From the NCBI GenBank assembly GCA_963826115.1, contig CAWGVS010000003.1, positions 67,926 to 131,925 on the forward strand: a stretch of 64,000 bases of DNA, written 5' to 3'. The notes beneath the pieces were generated by a model. The model did not search any database and was not told the origin of the DNA. It saw nothing but the letters and a program-made list of their open reading frames with translations. Source of the DNA: an uncultured Candidatus Rokubacteria bacterium. Lineage in GTDB: Bacteria > Methylomirabilota > Methylomirabilia > Rokubacteriales > DASRDR01. Below are positions 8,176-16,337 of the stretch, one piece after another. The translations under genes and the position numbers were made by a program. Each line of letters begins with the position of its first letter. Within the stretch, counting starts at the first letter, position 1.

Positions 8176-10674
8176 ATGACCAGTCTGCCGGACCAGTCCA
8201 GCCTGGAGGACGCGCTCACCCGCATCCCCCTCTTCGCCGAGGTCGACCGGGTGACGTTGGCCCAGCTCGCCGCCCATCTCGACCCGCTCGACCTGTCGGA
8301 GGGCGACGTCGTGTGCCGCCAGGGCGAGCCGGGCGACTGCCTGTTCATCCTGACCGCGGGGCGGCTCGGCGTCCACGTCCACGACCCGGATGACGGCGCG
8401 TCCCGGCGGATCGACGGCCTCGGTCCCGGGGACTTCTTCGGCGAGATGGCCCTCCTGACCGGCGAGCCGCGCTCGGCCACCGTCCGCGCCGACGTCCCGA
8501 GCCGCGTCCTCCGGCTCGACCGGGAGCGCTTCGAGTCGCTGGTGCGCGCCGAGCCGTCGAGCTTCCTCGCGATCGCGCGCGTCCTGAGCCGTCGCCTGGC
8601 CACCGCGAACCGGATGCGGCTCGCCGAGGAGCGCGCGCTGGCGGCCGGTGTCGAGGCCGCCCTCGAGCGCCTGCCGCCCGAGCGCTGCCAAGCGGTGCTG
8701 GAGGCGAGCCTTCTCGAAGAGCCCGTCGGTCTGGAGGCGCTCTTCGGCGACCGCGCCCCGGCGATCGCCGCCGATCTCGAGGTCCTGGGCGTCCGGCGCG
8801 GCGGCAGCACCGTCGTGCGCGACGTCCTGCGGGAGCGGCTCCGCCGTGACGAGCGGCCGGCGCGCGTGCGCGAGCGCGCGGACTCGCTCGCCGAGCGGCT
8901 CGCCGCCGCGGCCGAATGGGACGCCGCGCTCGGGGTCCTGGCCGCCCACGCGGACGCCGGGGCGGTCGTCGGCATGCTGGGGCGCGCGCTCCGCGCGGTG
9001 CCGCCCCTTCCGCCCGATCGCGTCCGGCGCTGGATCGAGCGCCTCGAGGACGACGCGGTCGTGAGCGATCCGGACGCCGCGCTCGCGCGCGCGGCGTTCC
9101 ACCGCGACCGGGCGGATCCCGTCCGCGCCCTCGTCGTGCTGCGCCGCGCGCTGGGCGGGGCGCTCCAGGCGACGGCCAGGGACGACGGCTCGCGGGTCGC
9201 GGCCGAGATCTCCCGGCTCGCGCTCGCGGCGGGGGAGCATCCGGTCTCCCGCGCGGAGCTTCGCCCTCGCGTGACCGGCGAGGCGGCGATCCCGCACCGC
9301 GCGGGATGGCCGAGCCGGGTCTGCCTGGCCGCGGGCGTCGCGTGTGCGGGCGCCGCCGCGTGGCCGGGAGCGACGCCGCAGTGGGCGTTCGTCGCGCTGC
9401 TTCTCGCCGCGATCGCGACGATGCTGAGCCGGAGCCTGCCCGACTTCGTGGTGGGCCTGGGCCTCGTCGCGGGCTGGATCCTGCTCGGTGTCGCCCGGCC
9501 CGCCGAGGCGCTGGCGGGATTCGCCTCGAAGGAGTGGCTGTTCGTCGTCGCGGTCTACGGCCTGGCCGCGGCCACCGCCCGCTCCGGCCTCCTCTACCGC
9601 ATCGGGCTCCTGCTCGTCCGGCGCGTGCCGCAGGGCACCCGGCAGCAGGCGCTGACCCTGCTCCTCAGCGGGCTCGCCCTCACGCCGCTCATCCCCTCGG
9701 CCACGGGGCGCGCGTCGCTCGTCCTGCCCCTGGCCCGGGCGCTGGCCGAGGCGCTCCGGATCCCGGAGCGGTCGGGCGCCGCGGCCGTGCTGGGACTGGC
9801 GGCCTGGACCGGCGCCGGCCCGCTCATGTTCGTCGCGCTGAGCGGATCGGGGACGTGCCTCCTCGCGTGGGGGCTTCTGCCGGAGGCGAGCCGGGTCCGG
9901 ATGGGCTGGATCCAGTGGCTCGTCGCGGCCCTGCCGCTCGGGGCGTTCCTCGCCGCCGGCGCGCTCGGCCTGCTGTTCGTCCTGCTCCGCCCCGGCCCCG
10001 TTGCCGCGCCGCCCCGGGAGCGCATCGGGCTCCAGGTCGCGCTCCTCGGTCCACCCTCCCGCCGCGAGGTCGCCATGGCGCTGATCCTCGCGCTCACGGT
10101 GGCCGGCTGGATCCTGGCCCCGTGGCTCCACCTCGACCTCGCCTCGGTGGCGCTGCTCGGCCTCCTCGGCGCCGCGGCGGTCGGCAGCTTCGACACGCCG
10201 GCCCTCCAGGCGCTCGACTGGGGCATGCTCCTGTTCTTCGGCGCCGTGCTCGGGCTTGGCCGGCTCGCCGCCGCCCTCGGCCTCGACGCGGAGGCCGGGG
10301 CGATCATCCAGCGCGCGCTGGGCGACAGCCGGCCCGGCCCCCTCGGCCTGGTGCTTGCCGTCGCGCTGGTGAGCTTCGTCGTCCGCCTCGCGCTCGAGCA
10401 GGACCTCACGGTCCTCCTGGTGAGCCTGACCCTGATCCCCGTCGCCACCGCCGCCGGCGTCGAGCCCTGGGCCGTGACGATCGCGCTCCTGGCGACCTCG
10501 GTGGTCTGGTTCCTGCCCTTCCAGACGTCGAGCTACATGGTCGCGCGGTCCGCCTCCGAGGACCGCCTCTTCTCCCACGAGCAGGCCCGGCGCTTCGCGC
10601 TCGCCTACGCGGCGCTCACCCTCGTGGGCCTCTCGCTCGCCGTGCCATACTGGAAGCTGCTCGGAATCCTGTAG
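8176..10674 (+). CDS. fusion protein: N-terminal cyclic-nucleotide-binding domain, ~230-aa helical linker, C-terminal DASS/SLC13-type (ArsB/NhaD superfamily) anion permease
   Basis: 832-aa ORF. The N-terminus has the CAP effector-domain hallmark (IPLFAEVDRVTLAQLA...GDFFGEMALLTGEPRSATVRA). The C-terminal ~450 aa is polytopic, with DASS-like segments (GLLYRIGLLLVRRVP, LIPSATGRASLVLPLARAL, WFLPFQTSSYMV). Confidence 0.75.
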   Translation: MTSLPDQSSLEDALTRIPLFAEVDRVTLAQLAAHLDPLDLSEGDVVCRQGEPGDCLFILTAGRLGVHVHDPDDGASRRIDGLGPGDFFGEMALLTGEPRSATVRADVPSRVLRLDRERFESLVRAEPSSFLAIARVLSRRLATANRMRLAEERALAAGVEAALERLPPERCQAVLEASLLEEPVGLEALFGDRAPAIAADLEVLGVRRGGSTVVRDVLRERLRRDERPARVRERADSLAERLAAAAEWDAALGVLAAHADAGAVVGMLGRALRAVPPLPPDRVRRWIERLEDDAVVSDPDAALARAAFHRDRADPVRALVVLRRALGGALQATARDDGSRVAAEISRLALAAGEHPVSRAELRPRVTGEAAIPHRAGWPSRVCLAAGVACAGAAAWPGATPQWAFVALLLAAIATMLSRSLPDFVVGLGLVAGWILLGVARPAEALAGFASKEWLFVVAVYGLAAATARSGLLYRIGLLLVRRVPQGTRQQALTLLLSGLALTPLIPSATGRASLVLPLARALAEALRIPERSGAAAVLGLAAWTGAGPLMFVALSGSGTCLLAWGLLPEASRVRMGWIQWLVAALPLGAFLAAGALGLLFVLLRPGPVAAPPRERIGLQVALLGPPSRREVAMALILALTVAGWILAPWLHLDLASVALLGLLGAAAVGSFDTPALQALDWGMLLFFGAVLGLGRLAAALGLDAEAGAIIQRALGDSRPGPLGLVLAVALVSFVVRLALEQDLTVLLVSLTLIPVATAAGVEPWAVTIALLATSVVWFLPFQTSSYMVARSASEDRLFSHEQARRFALAYAALTLVGLSLAVPYWKLLGIL

Positions 10675-10703
10675 CTCGCCTTCCGGCGGAGTCGGAGATC
10701 ACA

Positions 10704-12014
10704 ATGCTCGAGGAGCGTGGCCGGCACCGGCGCCTCTGCGGCTCGGCTCGGCGCTGGCTGCCGGTCGTCATCGCGGCCGCCCTGACGACTGTCGGCGCGG
10801 GCGTCGCGCCGGCGGCCGCGGAGAAGGCACGGCCGGCCGACGACGCGGCGGAGATGGTCGGCGTCAACACCCACCTCGTCTACGCAGGAACGGTCTACGA
10901 CACCGGGTTCGAGAGCATCGTCAAGCCCCGCCTGATCGAGCTAGGCGTCCGTTACATCCGCGACTGGGTGACGACCGAGCCGCGATACGTCGAGCGGTAC
11001 CAGGACCTCGCGGGCTACGGGATCCGCGCGCTCCTCATCAACTGGGATCCCGGCGCCTCCGCCCGGGACGCGGTCAAGGCGCTGAACGACCACCCCGTGC
11101 GTCCGGTCGCGATGGTCGAGCCCGCCAACGAGCGCGACTGCGAGCGTCTCAACGACTGGGCCGCCTGGCTGCGCGACTTCCAGAAGTCGATGTGGCAGAG
11201 CTACAAGAGCGACCCCGCCACCGCCGACATCCCCGTCCTCGGCCCCTCCCTGTGCAACACCCGGGACAGTCCCGCCGTGCTGGCCCGGGCGTTTCCCGAC
11301 GCGTCCCAGTACATGGACCGGGGCAACCTCCACGACTACTCCGGCCGCGCGACCGAGGGACCGCGGGGCGGCGGTTGGGGAATCGACCTCGACCGGGCGA
11401 TCGACGAGTACCGGAAGCTCGCCGGGGCCAAGCCGCTCGTCTCGACGGAGACCGGGTACAAGATGTCCGGCCCGGTTCGGAACCACCCCGTCGTGTCCGA
11501 GCGCGCGGCGGCGAAGTACATGCCCCGCCTGTTCCTCGCGCATCTGCTGAAGGGGTTCACCCACGTCTTTCTCTACCAGCTCATCAACGACACGGAGGAC
11601 TTCGGGCTCCTGAACCCCGACGGGTCCCCGCGGCTCCAGTTCCACGCCGTCCGCAACTTCATCGCTCTCTTCCGGGATCCGGGTCCCCCCTTCGAGACGG
11701 GCACGCTCGACTACACGCTGGAGGGCAACACCTCGGACGTCTGGAAGATCCTTCTGCAAAGGAGGGACGGCACCTTCTACCTCGTCCTTTGGCAGGGTGT
11801 GAGCAGCCACAACGCGTGGCTCGACTCGGACATCGAGCCCCGGCCGCGGTCCCTGACGCTCCGGCTACAGACGCCGATCGCATCGGCCCGGACGTACCTG
11901 CCGAGCTTCAACGGGACGGCACCGACGTCGCGGCACGATCACCCCGTCTCTATCAAGCTGAGCGTTCCCGACCACGTGCTGGTGGTCGAGCTCGTGCCAG
12001 CCCGGGATCGGTGA
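10704..12014 (+). CDS. secreted glycoside-hydrolase-like TIM-barrel protein (clan GH-A-like), specificity unknown
   Basis: ATG 10704 within ORF 8916..12014. Signal/TAT-like N-terminus (RRWLPVVIAAALTTVGAGVAPAAA). MVGVNTHL, MVEPANERD and VSTETGY resemble the NE...E catalytic pattern of GH-A barrels. Confidence 0.55.
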   Translation: MLEERGRHRRLCGSARRWLPVVIAAALTTVGAGVAPAAAEKARPADDAAEMVGVNTHLVYAGTVYDTGFESIVKPRLIELGVRYIRDWVTTEPRYVERYQDLAGYGIRALLINWDPGASARDAVKALNDHPVRPVAMVEPANERDCERLNDWAAWLRDFQKSMWQSYKSDPATADIPVLGPSLCNTRDSPAVLARAFPDASQYMDRGNLHDYSGRATEGPRGGGWGIDLDRAIDEYRKLAGAKPLVSTETGYKMSGPVRNHPVVSERAAAKYMPRLFLAHLLKGFTHVFLYQLINDTEDFGLLNPDGSPRLQFHAVRNFIALFRDPGPPFETGTLDYTLEGNTSDVWKILLQRRDGTFYLVLWQGVSSHNAWLDSDIEPRPRSLTLRLQTPIASARTYLPSFNGTAPTSRHDHPVSIKLSVPDHVLVVELVPARDR

Positions 12015-12030
12015 TTGTCAGGCCGTCGCC

Positions 12031-12059
12031 TTGACAGCGGGAACCCCCTTCCCTAGTAT
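12031..12059 (+). promoter_or_regulatory. near-consensus sigma70-type promoter for fae (TTGACA-17 nt-TAGTAT)
   Basis: TTGACA at 12031-12036, an exactly 17-nt spacer, then TAGTAT at 12054-12059. It lies in a locally GC-poorer stretch and is the best -35/-10 pair I can find in the window. Confidence 0.6.
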
Positions 12060-12297
12060 TGGCGCCACTCGACCGTACTGGTGCCACTCGGCTTGGCTTC
12101 ATGCCTCGAGGATCGCGTATCCCGTGATTCACTCGTTCGCTCGCTGGTTCCCCCTCGGTCCATCGCGTCCGCCCGGCGCGGGCGCGCGGCGCTTCGGAGT
12201 CGATCTCGAGGGAAGGGGGTGTAAGGGCAGTCGGCAAGCCGGACGGTCGTAGTCGGCATCGCACACACTGAGCACGCTCCACTGACGGAGGGATCGT
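12060..12297 (+). promoter_or_regulatory. long (~230-240 nt) 5' leader of fae with repeated motifs; possible cis-regulatory RNA or operator region
   Basis: Lies between the predicted promoter and the fae RBS (GGAGG 12286-12290). Direct repeat GCCACTCG at 12064-12071 and 12083-12090. Two copies of the palindromic CTCGAGG core lie ~100 nt apart (12105-12111 and 12205-12211), flanked by complementary GATCG/CGATC. GC content is lower than in the flanks. Confidence 0.4.
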
Positions 12298-12798
12298 ATG
12301 GCTACGGACAACTTCATGGTGGGTGAGTCGCTGGTCGGCGACGGCAACGAGATCGCGCACATCGACCTGATCATCGGTTCGAAGAGCGGGCCCGCCGGGA
12401 TCGCCTTCGTGCATCGGGTCGCCGACCAGACGGCGGGTCACAACGGGCTCCTCGCCGTGCTCGCGCCCAACGTGCCGGCCAAGCCGGACACGGTCATGTT
12501 CAACAAGGTCACGATCAAGGGCGCCGGCCAGGCCGTCCAGATGTTCGGGCCCGCCCAGGCCGCGGTGGCCAAGGCGGTCGTCGACAGCGTCGCCGACGGC
12601 ACCATCCCGAAGGCGAGCGCCAACGACCTCTGCGTGATCGTCGGCGTGTTCATCCACTGGCAGGCGAAGGACAACAAGAAGATCTACGACTTCAACTACC
12701 GGGCGACCAAGGAAGCGATCACGCGGGCGATGAAGCACCACCCGACCGTGGACGAAGTCCTCGCCCAGAAGGACACCGCCAAGCACCCATTCGCGTAG
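12298..12798 (+). CDS. fae: formaldehyde-activating enzyme (5,6,7,8-tetrahydromethanopterin hydro-lyase)
   Basis: 166-aa ORF. VGESLVGDGNEIAHIDLIIG, LLAVLAPNVPAKPDTVMFNKVTIKG, QAVQMFGPAQ, VGVFIHW and a C-terminal KHPFA match Fae almost motif for motif. RBS is GGAGG. Confidence 0.95.
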   Translation: MATDNFMVGESLVGDGNEIAHIDLIIGSKSGPAGIAFVHRVADQTAGHNGLLAVLAPNVPAKPDTVMFNKVTIKGAGQAVQMFGPAQAAVAKAVVDSVADGTIPKASANDLCVIVGVFIHWQAKDNKKIYDFNYRATKEAITRAMKHHPTVDEVLAQKDTAKHPFA

Positions 12799-12832
12799 GC
12801 GCGGCGAGTCGCCGCCGCGCGGTCGGAGCCCG

Positions 12833-12864
12833 CGGTCTCGCGCGGCCGCGGGCTCCGGCCCCGC
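12833..12864 (+). promoter_or_regulatory. GC-rich intercistronic stem-loop between fae and fhcD (no U-tract)
   Basis: GGAGCCCGCGG (12833-12843) and CCGCGGGCTCC (12854-12864) form a perfect 11-bp inverted repeat with a 10-nt loop. No T-run follows, so this is not a canonical intrinsic terminator. Confidence 0.45.
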
Positions 12865-12890
12865 CCTCGCCACGGCACGCCTGACACGCC

Positions 12891-13790
12891 ATGCTGCGCA
12901 TCAACGGGGTCGAGATCGAGGACACCTTCGCCGAGGCCTTCAAGATGCGCGCGGCCCGCGCGATCGTGACAGCCGAAACCGCCGCCTGGGCGCACACCGC
13001 AGCGGCGCTCGCGACCGGGTACGCCACCTCCGTCATCGGCTGCGACGCCGAGGCCGGCCTCGAGTCCGAGGTGCCCCCGCACGAGACGCCGGACGGCCGG
13101 CCCGGCGTGAGCCTCCTGGTCTTCGGGTTCAACACCGCCGCGCTCGGGAAGGCGCTGGTGAACCGCGTCGGGCAGTGCGTGATGACATGTCCCACGACCG
13201 CCTGCTTCAACGGGCTCCACCCCGGCGAGGAGACCGTGAAGGTCGGCGCGCTCCTCCGCTTCTTCGGTGACGGGCACCAGGCGAGCAAGAAGCTCGACGG
13301 CCGCCGCTACTGGCGGGTGCCGGTGATGGACGGCGAGTTCCTCTGCGAGGACACGTTCGGCGTCCAGCGCGCCGTCGCGGGCGGCAACTTCCTGATCCTC
13401 GCCACCGATCAGGCCGCCGGGCTCGCCGCGGCCGAGGCCGCCGTTCGGACCATCCGCGCCGTGCCGGGCGTGATCCTCCCCTTCCCCGGCGGGATCGTCC
13501 GGAGCGGGAGCAAGGTTGGCTCGCGTTACAAGGCGCTGAAGGCGTCGACGAACGACGAGTACTGCCCCACCCTCCGCGGACTGGGCGCGAGCCGTCTCCC
13601 CGCCGAGGTCCACGCCGTCTACGAGATCGTCATCGACGGTCTCGACGTCGGGGCGGTCGAGGCCGCCATGCGCGCCGGCGTCCGGGCCGCATGCCAACCC
13701 GGGGTCGTGCAGATCACCGCCGGCAACTACGGGGGCAAGCTCGGCCAGTACCCGCTCCACCTCCACCGGATCCTCGAATCCGGGTCATGA
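12891..13790 (+). CDS. fhcD: formylmethanofuran--tetrahydromethanopterin N-formyltransferase (Ftr / FhcD)
   Basis: 299-aa ORF. INGVEIEDTFAEAF, RFFGDGHQ, WRVPVMDGEF, FPGGIVRSGSKVGSRYK and ITAGNYGGKLG are characteristic Ftr segments. Confidence 0.9.
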   Translation: MLRINGVEIEDTFAEAFKMRAARAIVTAETAAWAHTAAALATGYATSVIGCDAEAGLESEVPPHETPDGRPGVSLLVFGFNTAALGKALVNRVGQCVMTCPTTACFNGLHPGEETVKVGALLRFFGDGHQASKKLDGRRYWRVPVMDGEFLCEDTFGVQRAVAGGNFLILATDQAAGLAAAEAAVRTIRAVPGVILPFPGGIVRSGSKVGSRYKALKASTNDEYCPTLRGLGASRLPAEVHAVYEIVIDGLDVGAVEAAMRAGVRAACQPGVVQITAGNYGGKLGQYPLHLHRILESGS

Positions 13791-14359
13791 TCGTCGAGAC
13801 GGTGGTGACGACGCTGGACGAGGACGGCCAGGTGAACTTCGCCGCGATGGGCGTCGTGTGGGGCGAGGAGCGTCTCGTGATCCGGCCCTACGTCGCGACC
13901 CGCACGTTCCGGAACCTCGTTCGCACGCGCGAGGCCGTCGTCAACGTCACCGACGACGTGCTGGTCTTCGCGAAGAGCGCTCTCGCGCGGGAGCGCTTCC
14001 CGAGCCGCCCCGCGACGCGGGTCCGCGGCGCGATCCTGGCGGACGCCTGCCACTGGCGCGAGGTCGCCGTCGAGCGCGTGTCGGCGCCCGATCCCCCGCC
14101 GCCGGCGGGCGGCCGGGCCGACGTGGAGACCCGCGTCGTGGCCGGCGCGGTCGGCCGGCCGTTCGCCGGCCTCTGTCGCGCCAAGCACGCGGTGGTGGAG
14201 GCGAGCATTCTCGCCTCGCGGGCGCGGCGCCTCCCGCGGGACGAGGTGCTCAGGGGCCTCGCCCGGCTCGATCCCCTGGTCGACAAGACCGGCGGGCCGG
14301 CGGAGCGCGAGGCCATGGCATACATCCGCGACCACGTCCGCCGCCTCGTGAGCGGCTGA
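13787..14359 (+). CDS. DUF447-family (FMN-binding split-barrel-like) protein, H4MPT-cluster associated
   Basis: ATG 13787 overlaps the fhcD stop (ATGA). MIVETVVTTLDEDGQVNFAAMGV...IRPY is the typical DUF447 N-terminus. This family co-occurs with H4MPT genes in methylotrophs and archaea. Confidence 0.7.
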   Translation: MIVETVVTTLDEDGQVNFAAMGVVWGEERLVIRPYVATRTFRNLVRTREAVVNVTDDVLVFAKSALARERFPSRPATRVRGAILADACHWREVAVERVSAPDPPPPAGGRADVETRVVAGAVGRPFAGLCRAKHAVVEASILASRARRLPRDEVLRGLARLDPLVDKTGGPAEREAMAYIRDHVRRLVSG

Positions 14360-14374
14360 CGGCGCCGACCCGGC

Positions 14375-15364
14375 ATGCGCACGATCGTCGAGGCGGGGGC
14401 GCGGCTCCACCTGGGGTTCCTGGACCTCCACGGCGGGTGCGGGCGGCGCTACGGGTCGATCGGCGTCACCCTCGAGCGCCCGCGCTGCACCGTGGCCGCC
14501 GGTCGCGCGCGCCCGGGCGATGCGCCGACGGCGAGCCCCGCGCTCGAGATCCTCGAAGGTCTCGCGCCCGGGCTCGACCCGAGGGCGATCACGGTCGAGC
14601 TCCTCGAGGCGATCCCCGCGCACGCGGGATTCGGCGCGGGCACCCAGCTCGCCCTCGCCGTCGCGCTGGCCGGCGCGCGCGCCGCCGGCCGCTCGATCGG
14701 CATCCGGGAGCTGGCCGCCCGGCTCGGTCGGGGGCAGCGCTCGGGCATCGGCGTCGCAGCCTTCGAGCGGGGTGGGCTCGTGATCGACGCGGGCCACGCG
14801 ACGGGCGAGGATGACGGCGCGACCGCGTCACGCGCGCCGGAGCCCCCGCCGGTCGTCTTCCAGCACCCCCTGCCCGATGCCTGGCAGTTCGTGCTGGCCA
14901 CGCCGCGCGCCGCTCCCGGTCTCTCCGGCGCGACGGAGCAGCGCGCGTTCGGGGATCTGCCGCCGATGGACGCCGGACGCGTCGGGCGGATCTGCCGACT
15001 CACGCTGATGCAGGTCATGCCGGCGGCGCTGACCAGCGACATCCGAACGTTCGGCGCCGCGATCACCGAGATCCAGACAGACGGTCGGCGACTACTTCGC
15101 GCCGTGGCAGGGCGGTCGGTTCGCGACCGAGACCGGCTGCCGGTGACCGAGCTCGCCCTCGCGCAAGGCGCTCACGGCGTGGGCCAGAGCTCCTGGGGTC
15201 CGACGGTGTTCGCGCTGGTCCAGGGCGAGGCCGACGCCGAGGCGATGGCCGGCGCGATCGTGGGAGACGCTTCGGCGAGCGCCTCGCGTGGGTCGGCGTC
15301 AGTCCGGCGCGGAACCGGGGCGCGTCGTGCCGAGAGGCACCGTGAGCGCGAGCGATCGACCTGA
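14375..15364 (+). CDS. mptG: beta-ribofuranosylaminobenzene 5'-phosphate (beta-RFAP) synthase, GHMP-kinase fold; the open frame contains segments that look out of frame
   Basis: 329-aa ORF. ARLHLGFLDLHG, IPAHAGFGAGTQLALAVA, GRGQRSGIGVAAFERGGLVIDAGH and GVGQSSWGPTVFAL are MptG hallmarks. Codons ~15077-15140 and the last ~30 codons look like off-frame translation (see findings). The true stop may be TGA 15343-15345. Confidence 0.8.
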   Translation: MRTIVEAGARLHLGFLDLHGGCGRRYGSIGVTLERPRCTVAAGRARPGDAPTASPALEILEGLAPGLDPRAITVELLEAIPAHAGFGAGTQLALAVALAGARAAGRSIGIRELAARLGRGQRSGIGVAAFERGGLVIDAGHATGEDDGATASRAPEPPPVVFQHPLPDAWQFVLATPRAAPGLSGATEQRAFGDLPPMDAGRVGRICRLTLMQVMPAALTSDIRTFGAAITEIQTDGRRLLRAVAGRSVRDRDRLPVTELALAQGAHGVGQSSWGPTVFALVQGEADAEAMAGAIVGDASASASRGSASVRRGTGARRAERHRERERST

Positions 15365-16337
15365 ACCGCCGCGCCATCCGCTCGCCGACGCCCTCGCGGA
15401 CGACGCCGCGCTCGTCGGCGTCCGGGTCACCGAGGTCGGTGGTGCCCGGCTGATCGACTGCGGCGTGGGCGTGGCGGGCGGGCTCGAGGCCGGGCGGCGC
15501 CTCGCGGAGATCTGTCTCGCCGGCCTCGGCACGGTGTCGCTCACCAGCGTGGACGTCGGAGGCCTCTGGCTCGCCGCGGTGGCGGTGACCACCGATCACC
15601 CGGTGACCGCGTGCCTCGCGAGCCAGTACGCCGGGTGGGCCATCGACCCCCCGGGGTACTTCGCCATGGGCTCGGGTCCCGCCCGCAGCGTGGCCCGGGT
15701 GGAGCGGGAGCTCTACCAGCGGATCGGCTATGCGGAGTCGGGAGACTCGGCCGTGCTCGTGCTGGAGGGTCGCGCCCTGCCGGACGAGGCGGTCGTGCGG
15801 TTCGTGGCCGACAAGTGTCGCGTCCGGCCGGAGGGTCTGAGCCTCCTGATCGCCCCCACCGCCAGCATCGCCGGCTGCGTCCAGGTGGCCGCGCGCTCCG
15901 TGGAGACGGGGCTCCACAAGATGCTCGAGCTCGGGTTCGACGTGCGCGCCGTGCGGAGCGGCGCCGGCGTGTGCCCGCTCGCCCCGGTGGCGAAGAACGA
16001 CCTCCGCGGCATCGGCTGGACGAACGACTGCATCCTCTACGGCACGCGCGCCTACTTCGCCGTCCACGCCGACGATGCCGAGGTCGCGGCGATGGTCGAG
16101 CGGCTCCCCGCCTCCTCGTCGGCGGACTACGGCACGCCCTTCTACGACATCTTCAAGCGGGCCGGGAACGACTTCTACAAGATCGACAAGATGCTGTTCA
16201 GCCCCGCCGAGGTCGTCGTGAACAACCTCGCCTCGGGGCGCGTCCTCCGGGCCGGACGGCTCGCCCCCGAGATCCTCCGCAGGTCGCTCGGGCTGGACGA
16301 GTCCGCGCCGGGCGCCGGTCCCGGGAGCCGGTCGTGA
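15342..16337 (+). CDS. mch: methenyltetrahydromethanopterin cyclohydrolase
   Basis: GTG 15342 lies 6 nt after GAGAGG, within ORF 15288..16337. GGLEAGRRLAEICLAGLGTVSL, ACLASQYAGW, APTASIAGCVQVAARSVETGLHKM, TNDCILYG and FYKIDKMLFSPAEV match Mch. Confidence 0.9.
   Translation: MSASDRPEPPRHPLADALADDAALVGVRVTEVGGARLIDCGVGVAGGLEAGRRLAEICLAGLGTVSLTSVDVGGLWLAAVAVTTDHPVTACLASQYAGWAIDPPGYFAMGSGPARSVARVERELYQRIGYAESGDSAVLVLEGRALPDEAVVRFVADKCRVRPEGLSLLIAPTASIAGCVQVAARSVETGLHKMLELGFDVRAVRSGAGVCPLAPVAKNDLRGIGWTNDCILYGTRAYFAVHADDAEVAAMVERLPASSSADYGTPFYDIFKRAGNDFYKIDKMLFSPAEVVVNNLASGRVLRAGRLAPEILRRSLGLDESAPGAGPGSRS

Noticed and set aside
7522-10578. 1018-aa ORF on the minus strand opposite the lipoprotein and cNMP-permease genes
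   Set aside because: The translation is Arg/Gly/Asp/Pro-rich low-complexity sequence with no motifs. It is antisense to genes with clear domain signatures. This is a typical shadow ORF of GC-rich DNA.
12011-12040. Imperfect inverted repeat TTGTCAGG...CCTTGACA after the glycoside-hydrolase-like gene as an intrinsic terminator
   Set aside because: The stem is short and bulged, has no U-tract, and overlaps the -35 box of the fae promoter. It cannot be distinguished from chance.
12031-12252. 73-aa ORF inside the fae leader
   Set aside because: It has no RBS, it starts inside the predicted -35 box, and its composition is not protein-like. The region is better explained as untranslated leader.
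12060-12297. Known riboswitch (ZTP/pfl, THF, THF-II, SAM/SAH) in the fae leader
   Set aside because: I could not recognise any of the conserved cores of these classes by eye, so the leader is reported only as an uncharacterised candidate. An Infernal/Rfam scan would be decisive.
12801-12815. Second small inverted repeat GCGGCGA-G-TCGCCGC right after the fae stop
   Set aside because: A 1-nt loop is sterically impossible and the effective stem is too short. Only the 11-bp hairpin at 12833-12864 is reported.
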